A DNA stretch of 64,000 nt, taken from NCBI GenBank assembly GCA_030770535.1, contig JASVEC010000001.1, positions 310,001 to 374,000 on the forward strand, given 5' to 3'. Source of the stretch: Batkoa obscura (Eukaryota). A program made the translations under genes and the position numbers. Within the stretch, counting starts at the first letter, position 1. Each line of letters starts with the position of its first letter. Under the pieces are notes generated by a model. That model was not told the origin of the DNA, did not search any database, and was given only the letters and a program-made list of their open reading frames with translations. Shown here piece after piece: positions 51,154-63,159 of this stretch.

Positions 51154-52688
51154 ATGATATTTAACCTTGATCAACACACCAACACTACCCCGGACCCACG
51201 TCTTATTCAAGCGGAAGATTATTTTAAATCCTCAGATTATGAGAATGCATTAAATTTATATAATGATGTTTTAAGAAATAAAGGACTTATTGAAGAAATT
51301 GATTTATTATATAAAAAAGGGTTATGTTTATACCATTTAAAACGTCGAGAAGAAGCATTAGTAGATATAACAAAAGTAATATTAACATTGGAAAAGAAAA
51401 AACCCATAGATAAAAAATTGTTAGCGGAAGTATATTATAGGAAAGGGTAAGTTAAGTTTAATAAATTGAATTTTAGTTTAAATTATAAAATTATTGAAAA
51501 TAATTGCTTTACTTTTAGATTATTATTATTTGAATTAACTCGTTATCCACAAGCACTTAAAGCTTATAAAAAAGCGGAACAATTGGGCTATAAAAACGAT
51601 ATTAAAGAATTAATTCAACAAGTGGAACCTATGGTACCTAAAGGTAAAATAGAACAAAAAAAGAAACATATATACATAGTTTTTTTTTTAAAATGGTTTA
51701 TAATTAATAAATTTGATTATTTATTAGATGAATCTAATAAAGATAGTATTGAAACTATTAAACCAAAAGATATTAAAACTCAATCAAAACCTACTCTAGT
51801 AGAACAGAAGAAGGAAGTAATTCAACCTAAATCAGTTGAGTTTTCTATTCCAGATAAAATTCGGTAACAAACTTTTAATTTTTAATTACTTTATTACAAG
51901 TTTAATTTTGTACAAGTCATGAATGGTATCAAACGGATTCCTCTGTAATTGTTAGTATATTTATAAAGAAAGTTGATGCTAAAAAAACGAATGTCGAATT
52001 TAAAGAAAAAGAAGTAAGTTTTATTTGAAATATTAATAATAAATACTAATTTATATTATTTTTATTTATTAGTTTACTTTAGTAATTCAACAAGATAATA
52101 GTTCTGACTTTCAATTTACAATGGATCCCTTATTAAATGAAATTGATCCCAAAGAATGTAAATTTGAAGTGTTATCTACTAAAATTGAAATTACATTAAA
52201 AAAAGTCAATTTTGGATTAAAATGGAATGTATTAGAAGCGAGTGAAGAAACCTCGGTTAAAAAATCGACTACAGGTAAAAAAGAAAAGAAAAGAAGCTAT
52301 TAATCATATTCAAAAGGAATGAAAACTAACTTATCTTCTTAATAGATATTCCAAGATATCCATCAAGTAGTAAAAATGCTAAAAATTGGGATCAATTAGC
52401 AACTAAAATAGAAAAAGAACTTGCAGAAGAAGAAAAAGATCATGAAAATGTGAATGCAGCATTTCAACAAATTTATGCTAATGCAGATGATGATACAAGA
52501 AAAGCAATGATGAAATCGTATATCGAATCAAATGGTACTTCGTTATCTACTAATTGGGAAGAAGTATCCAAAAAGAAAATGGAAATTAATCCTCCAGATG
52601 GACTTGTGGCTAAAAAGGTAAATGATTCAATTTTAAAATTGATATTGATAAATGTTAATTTTTTATTTCTATTTTTTAGTGGGAATAA
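51154..52688 (+). CDS. SGT1: Hsp90 co-chaperone SGT1 (TPR-CS-SGS), multi-exon
   Basis: N-terminal TPRs; CS domain HEWYQT..STKIEITLKK..W; SGS domain YPSSSK..KNWD, FQQIYANADDDTRKAMMKSYIESNGTSLSTNWEEV; last micro-exon WE*. Confidence 0.92.
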
Positions 52689-53297
52689 ACATAATGTTTT
52701 TTAACAGATTATAAAGTTGATCAAATAATCAAATAAAATAAGCTTAATAATCTATTTCAATTAATATTTTAAGAATTAGTTTTAAATCAATTAAATTCTT
52801 GAAAATTTCAATAGTTTATAATTTAGATTTAAATTCCTTTCAATAATAATAATAATAATAATAGTTATTATTATTATTACTATAATTATTATTTAAGTTG
52901 AAGTAATTCTATGTAATATTATTAATTTAACAATTCCAATTTATAAGAACTCCTAAGGTAATTAATAGATTGTAGTAAAATTTCAATTTATAAATTGTAA
53001 GAAGGATAGTTTATAAATAAAAAAAGTAGATATAAATGAAATTGATTATAAATTCATTTTCAATTTACTTGTTAGCTATAGATTTAAAAAATAGAAGACC
53101 TAACCTCAATATAACGACTTAGTTTAATAAGATTTAGAAATTTAAAAAATAATTAGTTTAAAAAGTTTAAAAGAAGGTATTTTAAGTTGATTAAACTGAA
53201 CAACTAAAAACTAAGAACTTAAAAATATTATTTAAAAATAATTATGCTAAAAGTAATAAAACTCTTATTTTTATTGTTAAATAAAGTTTAAATATAT

Positions 53298-53396
53298 GAG
53301 GGTGTTTTTTTTGGCTTCATTATTTTTTCCATTTTTTAAGCGCTATTTGAGTGGAAAGATTGCTAGTAAAATTCTTAAACACAAAAATATATCCCC
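53298..53396 (-). mobile_element. ~98-bp MITE
   Basis: Full length, ATAT TSD. Confidence 0.88.
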
Positions 53397-53800
53397 ATAT
53401 TTTATATTTTAAACCTCTTTTATTATTATTTATAATTTAAATATTGCTAAATAAACTTATTAAATAATTTTCAAAAGTAATAAAATATAAATTTATAAAT
53501 TTTATAAAATAACTTTAATAAAAAATTATTATTATTATTGATTTTACTAATATTTTAAACGATTGTTTAATTAATTATTTCAACTTTGATTTATTTTAAA
53601 AATAAATTTATTTAATTATTGCTAGTAATATAAAATTATAAATTAAAAATAATAATAACGTAATTTGATTTTTATATTCTTGATTATTTTACAACTTTGG
53701 ATTAATACCTATTTCATACATAATATTATTAAAATCAATATTTAAAATATATTTGGATTTTGCTTCTGGTGCCATTTTATATTTATAATTTTTATTTCTC

Positions 53801-53948
53801 AATATAACAATCTGTGTTACTAAAGTGTCCCTGACATATAATAAAACATTTGATTTTTTTAATATTGTAAGTAACTTTAAATTTTAATTAGCTAAAACCA
53901 AATGTTTTATTATATGTCAGGGGCACTTTAATAACGGGTTGTTATATT
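53801..53948. mobile_element. Foldback/MITE-like element with ~55-bp inverted arms
   Basis: aatataacaa..gttactaaagtgtccctgacatataataaaacatttg pairs with caaatgttttattatatgtcaggggcactttaataac..ttgttatatt. Confidence 0.75.
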
Positions 53949-54094
53949 AGTTTTTTAATTACTTTTATCTTCCTATTAGTTTTATCTTACGTAAACTAGT
54001 TAAACTTTTTAGGATTTTTAATCAATAATCTTTTATTCCTTTTATGTATTATATTTTATATATTAAATAATTAAAATACTTTAACATAATATAA

Positions 54095-54193
54095 GGGGAT
54101 GTCTTTTTTTGTTTAAGAATTTTACTAACAATTTTTCCGCTCAAACAGCGCTTAAAAAATGGGAAAAGTAATGAAACCAAAAAAAACACCCCC
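54095..54193 (+). mobile_element. ~98-bp MITE
   Basis: Full length, ATAA TSD on both sides. Confidence 0.9.
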
Positions 54194-55350
54194 ATAATAT
54201 CTTTATTAAATGGTTAATAAAAGTTGAGTGAAATCTCAACTCATTTAATTTAATTTGAATTTCTTGTTTTGAACTATTAATATCGAATAAAATACTGCTT
54301 TTTCTATATAAGATAATATTTTATTAAAGTAATATTATATAAAATATATAAATAGTATTATCATAATATATAATTTCAGTAATAAAATTTTAAAAATAAC
54401 TCAATTGCTTTTTAAACAATTATAAATAACCTTGAAGTTCTAAATGTTTTATGGAACAAGTGTCACTGTTATTAAATGAAATGATTTCATTAACAAAAAT
54501 GAAGTTAAAAGAATTCAGTTGTATTACTTGTACAATAATACTATAAAGCACAATGATAGTTATTGGTTTTATTATAAATATTAATGATGTTAATATTGTT
54601 ATTATTATTCTATTATTCAATATATTCTCTAATTATTAGAAGTGTCTTTATTTAAATTGAATTAATAGTATTGATAATTCTAAAATTATATTTATATAAA
54701 AATTAAAATTTGGAGAATAAAAGTATCTTTGATGTCTTTTTAAATTAGAGTGAGCTAAAAATAGAAAAAGGGCTTTAAAAATAATCCATTTTTTTAAAAT
54801 CGAAACTTACTTTATATAAAAAAGAAATTATATATTAATTATATATTAATTATATATTATTATATCGAGTTTAATATATGCTATTTAAGTTGATTAAACT
54901 ATTCACAAATATGAGCATTTCATTAAGTAGATGAAGATAGTGGTGAAAGATAAAAGTTCAATAGAAAGCAAAAGCTTTCAAAAAACCAAGAAGAATGATT
55001 TCATCTAGTATTAAGTCTAGAAAGTTGTAACTAAAATCCAACAAATGATATTCGATTTTTTTTTAAAAGATAAAGTTTAAATTCCAAAAATAGACAAGAT
55101 ATACTTAAAGATTGGAAACTAAAATAGAAAAGTTTCAAACCAATTTAAGGCATAAAGACTCAGGGCTTTTTTTAAAATTCCTAAATCAAAACACTTTGTT
55201 AAGCTACCGCACCATCAAAAAAATGTGATAATTTGAAACGGAAATTTGGCAAAAAGTATATAAATAAATGGCATATTGTTTTTTTTTTAAATTATAATTT
55301 TATTAAATATAAAAAACAGTTTTACTCCTTTAAAAAATATATTATAAACA

Positions 55351-55680
55351 ATGATTAGTATCCGAGAAACTAACAATCAACTTTCCCGAGGTATCTTACC
55401 TTCTTCTTTGGATTATGGTTATATACCTAACGCAGATAAATTAGAAGAATGTTTAAGAAGACAACAACAAGCTAGCAATTATGATCAAGCGGATTTATTA
55501 ATTGAAGAAATTAAATCGGTTCAACCGTATGAAAGTAGTCCAAGTAGTATCTATTATACCGATGATTATGATGAATTTGAATATGTGGAATCGTATACTT
55601 ATGAAAAGAAACCAAAAACTGGTAATAAATTTAAGAAAAGTATATCCAAAATGAAGAGCTCTATTATGGGTTTCTTTTAA
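55351..55680 (+). CDS. Small hypothetical protein (109 aa)
   Basis: Coding-like composition, ATG in aaaca context, TATATAAA about 90 bp upstream; no recognisable domain. Confidence 0.6.
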   Translation: MISIRETNNQLSRGILPSSLDYGYIPNADKLEECLRRQQQASNYDQADLLIEEIKSVQPYESSPSSIYYTDDYDEFEYVESYTYEKKPKTGNKFKKSISKMKSSIMGFF

Positions 55681-57372
55681 TAATCTGTATATTATCAATA
55701 TTTCGATTATCTGTTGTATGTGTATCTATTTGTAGCTCCTTTTGATTCAATTCTTGAGCAAGTATTGTGAATTTTTTATTTCTCTGTCATTTCATTCATC
55801 TCTTTGTTTTTAATTTATCATTCTCTTTATTCAATAAATAAAGTTTATTCAATATACTATTCTAAGTTTTTAGTTTTGGTTAACCTTTTTTATAATATTA
55901 GCTATATCAAATAGAAATACAAATCAATACTATGTGAATTTTATTATATAATCAGGGGTAAACATGATATTTAAAAGGACTTGAGGCTTAATATGACCCA
56001 TTTTTATAAAGTAGGCTTAGTTTATTGACTTCTACAAAATAAAATATTTACTAGAGGTATAATTTTTTTGATAAGAATCTAAATAGAATTTTGTTCAACT
56101 TTAAGAAGATTCTAAATTATTGTTACTTTAATTGTATCAAATTTGAAATGCTTAATCTTGGCATAACTCAGAGATTTTTAATAGAAGATCTAGCACTTGT
56201 TGTTAGTTTTGATAGTGGATACGGTTATTATTATTTAGTAGACTATAGTATCAATAACTTATTTTAATATTTATGATAAATATAGTACACTTATCTTATC
56301 ACTTTAATATTTTGATTATCATTAAGGTTTATGATTTGGAGTGATATAATTGCCACCTATTTGATAATTTATCAACGGTGCTTATATTGTTATGGCACTT
56401 TAAGTGTTTTTATTACTATCCTTGGCATACCACTTCTTGGCACTTCAATGTCTTATCTTACTGCTATTTGGAAATATCTGTAAATCAAAAGCTCGGATAC
56501 GTCAATTAATTACATTTAATACCCTTGTTCTAATGTTCATAAAATATTACTAAAAGATATTTATTTTAATGGAATCAAACTACTGATTATATCATAGATT
56601 TAAGCTATTATTCAAAATTATTTAAAATAATAAATATGTGCATGTTTTCTATCTAAGAACTAAACTACGAATTTTTAAATTTAGTACTTAAAAAGTGGAC
56701 ATGGTCACTGAAATAACCCTTTTTATATAACTAATTATACCCCTAAAATAACGTGTAAATCTAGACAAAGAACAATCAAGGAATTCTATTTTAATACCGC
56801 CCTTCTTTGTTACCATACATTTCTAATTGAATTTTATATCTTGTTTATTTATTGATGACAGCTCTAATTATCTCCCCATACTTTTTTAAATTTGGTTAAT
56901 AAATCCACTTTATATTGCAATTGCATTATTGATTGGTTAAGTTTCAATTGATCCTCATTAATCACCAGGTACTTATTCTTCGTAATCTAGAAGTCAATTT
57001 TAGTTAAAAATTGGATTTAAAATCATTTGAAAATTTAAAATAAATTAACCTTTTATAGCCAAGTTGGATATGTCAATAAAGCTTAGACTCTAAGTTTTAG
57101 AATTTTAAGCAGCGTGTTATTGTTGGTATTAAGCCAAAAGGTTGACATTGTCTTTACAAAGTTTTATATACAAACATGAAGTGTTATAGAAATTATTATC
57201 AAAAGTTTTTACGTCAAACTATTATATAAAAATCCCGCTTTTAACATCATATGGATCTTTTCTCATTAGATTATTGATCATTTTTTTTAAAAATTTAAAG
57301 GATAAAAAATCAAATAGTCAAAAAGAAGAATAAACGGTATAAAATTAATATTAAGAATGTTCCTTACTATGT

Positions 57373-57471
57373 GAGGATGTATTTTTGTATTTAAGAATTT
57401 TACTAACAAATTTTCCACTCAAATAGCGCTTAAAAGATGGAAAAAGTGATGAAGCCAAAAAAAACACTCCT
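57373..57471 (+). mobile_element. ~98-bp MITE
   Basis: Full length; flanks atgt/atat. Confidence 0.85.
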
Positions 57472-57563
57472 ATATCTCTTCGCAATTTTTTGGATATCTG
57501 AAAGTACAAGATTCAAAGCATCTTTTATTTGGGATTGTAAAAATTAAAGGAGAGGCAAAAAGA

Positions 57564-57646
57564 TCTCGCCTCCCGGGATCGAACCAGGGACCGATGGATT
57601 GCTACTAATTTACAGTCCATCGCTCTTCCAACTGAGCTAAGGCGAG
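57564..57646 (-). tRNA. tRNA-Tyr(GTA) with a 10-nt intron
   Basis: CTCGCCT TA GCTCAGTTGGAAGAGC G ATGGA CTGTAA[attagtagca]A TCCAT CGGTC CCTGGTTCGATCCCGG GAGGCGAG A; T-tract follows. Confidence 0.95.
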
Positions 57647-58325
57647 ATTTTGTTATTTTAATAAATTAATAAATATATTTAATGCTCTTGTAAGCAGTTT
57701 TACTTATATCGAATTTTTGCTTCTATAGTTGTATTAACAATATGAAATTTGACGCTTAAAGCCTAGTTGCTTTATATTAGTTATAAAGAGCTGAAAGTCT
57801 GAAAAAGTTTGCAACAATTTGCTAAAAAAGTGTGAAATATAAAAAAAAGCTATTTAGTAGAATATAAAATTATATTATTAATAATAAACAATAATAAATA
57901 AAAATAAATAATTATATCAAAATACTATCTAATTTAACATAACCAAAAAAAAATAAAAAGTATTTTGTAATAAAAGCTGAGGATGTATATAATATTTAAA
58001 ATTTAGTTATATAACAAAGCATTATAATTTTAAATAAAGCTAATAATTAATGATTTTAAAATAATAGCTTTTGTATTTATTTTAAATTATAAATATTAGT
58101 TTTTTTTTATAATTTAATTTAAAATTTTAATTATTTTAAAAAATAAAATTATTAAACACAAAAACACATCCCCATATGTTTAAACATTATTTATATTTAA
58201 AACTTTTTTTAAATTTATTAAATTATTTAAATAATAAAGTTAAAATTAAAATAAATAAAAGCTATAATTAAGATAAAATTAAAATATAGGTATAAAAAAT
58301 ATAAGTTAAACTTTAAACTATAAAA

Positions 58326-58822
58326 TGTGAAAGTTGGTACTCAGTGGTAGGAGTTAAAAACAGTTCTTGGTTGATTAACTTGCCTTGAGTCGAAGGGTCT
58401 TAGTTTATGTAACTAAGATAGACTTAAATGAATAGGAATAACACGTAATAAGTTACGAACTATGTAAAATAAATAGAATAGACAATACTACTGTAAAATC
58501 TACCTAAGATGTTGTCAGAAAGACTTAGTGACTTTATTAATAGTACGATATCAGGGGGTAATTCAGTTAAAAAGCCTCAAGTTATCATGTTGAAGAACCT
58601 CTTTTATACTCCAACAAGCACGGATATCAAAATGAGAGGATATCATTCTTGGCAATATGAAGTTAGAAATCCTCACAACAAATCAAAACAAGGAACTCTG
58701 GATTGATTATACCACATGGTTCACGGTTAAATTGATTACAAGACTACAACTAGTTTTGTAAATAAGTTCAATGATTATTATATTACAATTAATCCGAGAG
58801 TTAAATAAAGCAATATTTCACA
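58326..58822 (+). mobile_element. Solo-LTR-like repeat, copy 3 (longest, 497 bp)
   Basis: TG...CA ends with 7-bp inverted termini TGTGAAA/TTTCACA; no internal gag/pol next to it. Confidence 0.72.
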
Positions 58823-58918
58823 AAAATAAAAAATAAAAAATAAAAAATAAAAGACTAAATAAATAGCTATAAAAGTTTTTTTATGCTTTGCATTAAAATG
58901 CTGTATAAAAAAATATAT

Positions 58919-59017
58919 GAGGATGTTTTTTTTAGCTTTGCCACTTTTTCCATCTTCTTAGCGCTGTTTGAGCGGAAAAATCGTTAGTAAAATTCTTAAG
59001 CACAAAAATATATCCCC
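58919..59017 (-). mobile_element. ~98-bp MITE
   Basis: Full length; flanks atat/aaat. Confidence 0.85.
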
Positions 59018-59659
59018 AAATAAAAAAAAATAGATTAATTGTATACAAATTTATGAATATATTTAATTTTAATAGCATAATCACTTATTAAATTAAATTA
59101 ATTATAATCTATATAATTAATTTAAATAAGTATTATAATACAATCAATCATTAAATTAATAAAGTGATATTTTATAATAAGTGAATTTATGCTAGGTTTT
59201 TATGCAATTTTAAAAATCAAATAAAAATACTTATATTAAAATAACAGAAATTATCTTTAACATAATAGAAATTTTTTTTAACAAAAAGCTTATTTAATTA
59301 AATTATCAAAGTTTGGCCAAAGTAAAAATAGTTTTCAATTCAATAAAAATTATTAAAATATCGTTGATAGTTTCTTAATAGATCACTTTATTTTATTAAC
59401 TACTATAAATGCTACTTTAAATCCAATTTCATTTTATAAAGAATTTTTTTATTTACTAGCATTATTATCATATATAGTTATCTATTAATCCCTATTTTAC
59501 TTATTCTCCGCTTTTTTATTAATTCAACCTATTTAAAACAAATTTTGTAAAATATAATACAATATAAAGGTTCTTATAAATTGATAATTAACTAAGGTAT
59601 AAAAATTATAGTATCGCTTTATTACAAAAATTGAATCGAATATTTCTAAGTTAATAAAT

Positions 59660-59756
59660 GAGGATGTTTTTTTTGGTTTCATTACTTTTCCATTTTTAAG
59701 CACTATTTGAGCGGAAAGATTGTTAGTAAAATTCTTAAACAAAAAAATACATTCCC
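59660..59756 (-). mobile_element. ~98-bp MITE
   Basis: Full length, AAAT TSD. Confidence 0.88.
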
Positions 59757-61590
59757 AAATATGCTATTAATTCTATAGGACTTTATTTAATTTATGGATA
59801 TTTGATAAAAATGTTTTTAGTTATAAAGATATCAAAACAGTGTTAAGTACTATAAATCATAAACCATATTATACTTTATAAATATAAAATATTAAGCAAA
59901 CTTAATGTAGGTTTATAATTTCTGTTAAATCAATAATTAACTTGACTATAAAAACTAGATTATTACTTCAATTGATAAACAAAGTCGAAAATTTCTAACT
60001 ATAGAAATATACAATTAAAACATTACAAATTAGAGTTGAATATCTAATTACCAAAAGTTATTTTATACTTCTAAATCAGAAATAATCACATTTAAATATA
60101 CAGCAGTTATCCTAAGTAATATCCGTCTCAATAGCAAAAAAATAAGCCTGTTTTTTTATATTATACGGGATATCCTCGTTTGTTTTATTTGACAAATAAA
60201 TAAATGGATAGATGTGTCATTACATAATAACAACTTAAATGTAAGTGCCATAATATTTTAATGTTTATTTTATATTAGAAAACTTACATGTTTGGTAGAA
60301 TAGAACCATAGTAAATAATTCGCTTTTATTTTATGTAGAAAGAAAATTTACAAATTTCTTTAATAATTTTAAATGGTTATAAGTGATCAATAGCGATATT
60401 ATATTGTCACTATTTGATTCTTCATTTAATATAGTTAACGTTAGCTAAACCTAACATTTTGGTTACTTTTATATCTTTTATTAATATGAAGCAGGCTTAC
60501 CTCATCAATTTAATATATCTAAATACTGTAACCAAGTAATGATATTCTAGATTTCAAAGCACTACCAATAACTTTATTTTATTAATAAACTCTATGGTTC
60601 AACTGAATCAATAGCGATTATTTACAAATTTAGCTTGAATGTTAAATAAAAACTCTATTAAAGCGAATAATAATTGATATTTAACAAGTTTCAACTTGAA
60701 TGTTAATAGAAATAAAAGTCACCACAAAGCTATATTATTAATAGAAGTTTTTTAATAAATGCAAACAACTGAAATTGTATTAGCAAAAGAATCCACTTTT
60801 ATGACTGGAATGAGATTTTAGTTAGTGGAGTATGAGTCTTAAAAAAGTAAGAATATTAATTCTATGATAGTGAATCTTTGATTTTTGGGTTAATCATCTT
60901 ATATTTTTATATTGAGGATAAGTTAGTGTGATAATGAATAGTCCAATTTGCTTACTAATTAGAAGAAAAAAATAAAATCAAAATAATGAATTTATTAACA
61001 TTTTTTCTAAAAGCTTGATATTTTGGAAGTTTTTTGTCTTATAAATAGTTTGGAATCCTTAAAATTTTACTAGGTTGAAAAATAGGAATTGCAGTTTTTT
61101 AATATGAAATTAGTGCAAAATGGACTTTCAGTGGAAGTATTTGGGACAATAAACTAGATCAATCAAGGTATTTTTTTTGAAATTCCAGCATGATATGTTT
61201 TTCTAGTAATTTTCATTAAAATTATTTGGAATTTGAAGTTACATAAAAAGTGCACAAAATATTATAACAAAAAAACATTACAAGGTCAATTGATTTGTTC
61301 TTTGGTTAGTATTGCCCTACATTACATATAAGAGACTTTCCATTCAAGCAATTAATTCTATTCAAATCTAATGAAAGGTAATGTTTTGTCATAGCATTTA
61401 TAAATGATTAATAACATTGCTTTATTTTCAAAGATGGAAATTGGTTTACATAAACTTGTTAAACAATAAATCGGAAAGTTGTTAAAAGAAGACAACTTTT
61501 GTGAGCGTGTTATACTTTTATTAATTTGTATTATAAACAAGGAATTATATATAAATAGAGAACATAAGAAAGGCTCAAATGAGCGGTGAA

Positions 61591-61983
61591 TTAAAAAGAA
61601 AGCATTTTACAAGTATTCATAGTGGAGGCCCAATAGTGAGAGAAAACGGACTTGGCGTTTGGGTTTTCACAATGAAACTTAATATCTAATTCATTGGAAC
61701 CAGAAGATGGGGAAGATGGGGAAGATGGAGAAGAATCCTGATTTATAAGATCGATGACAAAGTCACTTTCTTTTTCTTTTGAACTTTGTGGTAGATCCAA
61801 TTTACCATCCTTTGCCCTTCGATTTTGAAACCAAACTTGAAGTTTACGTTGTTCTACACCAATTCGGCTAGCTAATTCTTTTCGCAATTTTAAACTGGGT
61901 CGGGAGGTTTCTTGATAGATTGTTTCTAATAAGTTTAATTCACTTTTGGCTAACCGAAAACGTAACTCTTTTTTTGAAGTCAT
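61591..61983 (-). CDS. Small homeodomain transcription factor
   Basis: RFRLAKSELNLLETIY...LRKELASRIGVEQRKLQVWFQNRRAK; TATATAAA about 60 bp upstream on the minus strand. Confidence 0.9.
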   Translation of the reverse strand: MTSKKELRFRLAKSELNLLETIYQETSRPSLKLRKELASRIGVEQRKLQVWFQNRRAKDGKLDLPQSSKEKESDFVIDLINQDSSPSSPSSPSSGSNELDIKFHCENPNAKSVFSHYWASTMNTCKMLSF

Positions 61984-62605
61984 TTAGTCAATTTATAATT
62001 GTAATTAAAAATAAATTCCATCTAAGTGTAAAATCGAGTCGATTTATATACCCTTATTGAATCACAACTTAATTAATAAAATATATATATATGAATTAAG
62101 TTATGATCATGTTTTAAATGCTTATCGACTCAAATGGAATATTAACTTTTTAAAATATATATCTCGGTACTTTCTAATTTAGGATCGAATAATATCATCA
62201 ATAAAATATTCATATGGAGTGGCTTGAAGTTAATATAAAACTACCAATCAATTGATAGGAAACAAAACTAGATTAATTCAAACAATCAATGTTCTGTTCC
62301 ACTGGATTCTTAATTTCTATTTCTATTTCTACTTTATAAATTTACTAGCTTGGCTTAAATTTTTGATTTTTGATTGATGAATAAGTTATTTAGAAAGTAG
62401 TAGATTGTTTAGTACTTAAAATAAAATTAGAAGTTGGAATTTAAGGCATAAGGTAGTCAGGTAGTATATTAAATTTCGTAAATCATATGAGATGAATAGC
62501 TTAATCATCATGTTTTAAAGACATTACGAGTTCAAAAGTCTTCTTAAAATACACTGAAATACAACGGTTCTTTACTTTATTATTGTATTATTAAATTTTT
62601 TAATT

Positions 62606-62917
62606 TTATAAAAAAAATCTGAACCTTTGGTCTAGAACTTTACTATTGACGGGGAATGGATCCCTTATAAGGACATATTTTTGATTTTGTGGCATGTATT
62701 TCTTATACAAAGTTAATATACTATTGAAGATAATAGCTAATCCATTAAGGTAATGCTTTAAAGCATTTATTTGATAATAACTTGTCTTTAACTCTGGTGA
62801 TATTATCTTTGTATCAAGTAATATATGGTATATAGGTTGAGGTCGTAAATCTGATTTTGTTGATTTTATATAGTAGCTAAGGATATGCTCAATTGGTTTA
62901 TGTAATATATGTATCAT
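62606..62917 (-). CDS. Possible small hypothetical protein or gene relic
   Basis: 103-codon ATG ORF with no recognisable motif. Confidence 0.25.
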   Translation of the reverse strand: MIHILHKPIEHILSYYIKSTKSDLRPQPIYHILLDTKIISPELKTSYYQINALKHYLNGLAIIFNSILTLYKKYMPQNQKYVLIRDPFPVNSKVLDQRFRFFL

Positions 62918-63067
62918 TTTATTATTAACTAATAATTTGTCCTAATTTCAAGTTGAAAAAGGGAAAAATAGTTGAAACAAAAAAACATATCCAAATAATG
63001 GCTTTATCTGGCCTATAAAAGTCACAACTGATTTATTAACCTAAAGAGCCATAAAGTACTATCTAAT

Positions 63068-63159
63068 GGGGATGTTTTTTTTGGTTTCATTACTTTTTCC
63101 ATTTTTTAAGCGCTATTTAAGTAGAAGTTGTTAGTAAAATTCTTAAAAAATATATCCCC
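63068..63159 (-). mobile_element. ~92-bp MITE
   Basis: GGGG/CCCC ends, TAAT TSD on both sides. Confidence 0.85.

Noticed and set aside
52800..56520. Possible F-box/LRR relic (about 54420-54720) and membrane-protein relic (about 56150-56480)
   Set aside because: Only faint compositional resemblance; too decayed to support a call without a search.
58509..58706. 65-aa ORF as a gene
   Set aside because: It lies inside the LTR-like repeat and is disrupted in the other two copies.
59533..59742. 69-aa ORF (also 4737-4979) as a gene
   Set aside because: It starts within MITE sequence and is a chance reading frame.
40127..61983. Homeodomain mating-type locus
   Set aside because: Both proteins are typical WFQNRR homeodomains, convergent and 21 kb apart. 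They are not an adjacent divergent HD1/HD2 pair, and no pheromone, receptor or HMG gene is nearby.
4309..63159. The ~98-bp repeats as a CRISPR array or bacterial REP elements
   Set aside because: They are dispersed in both orientations with 4-bp TSDs and no regular spacers or cas genes, and the context is eukaryotic.
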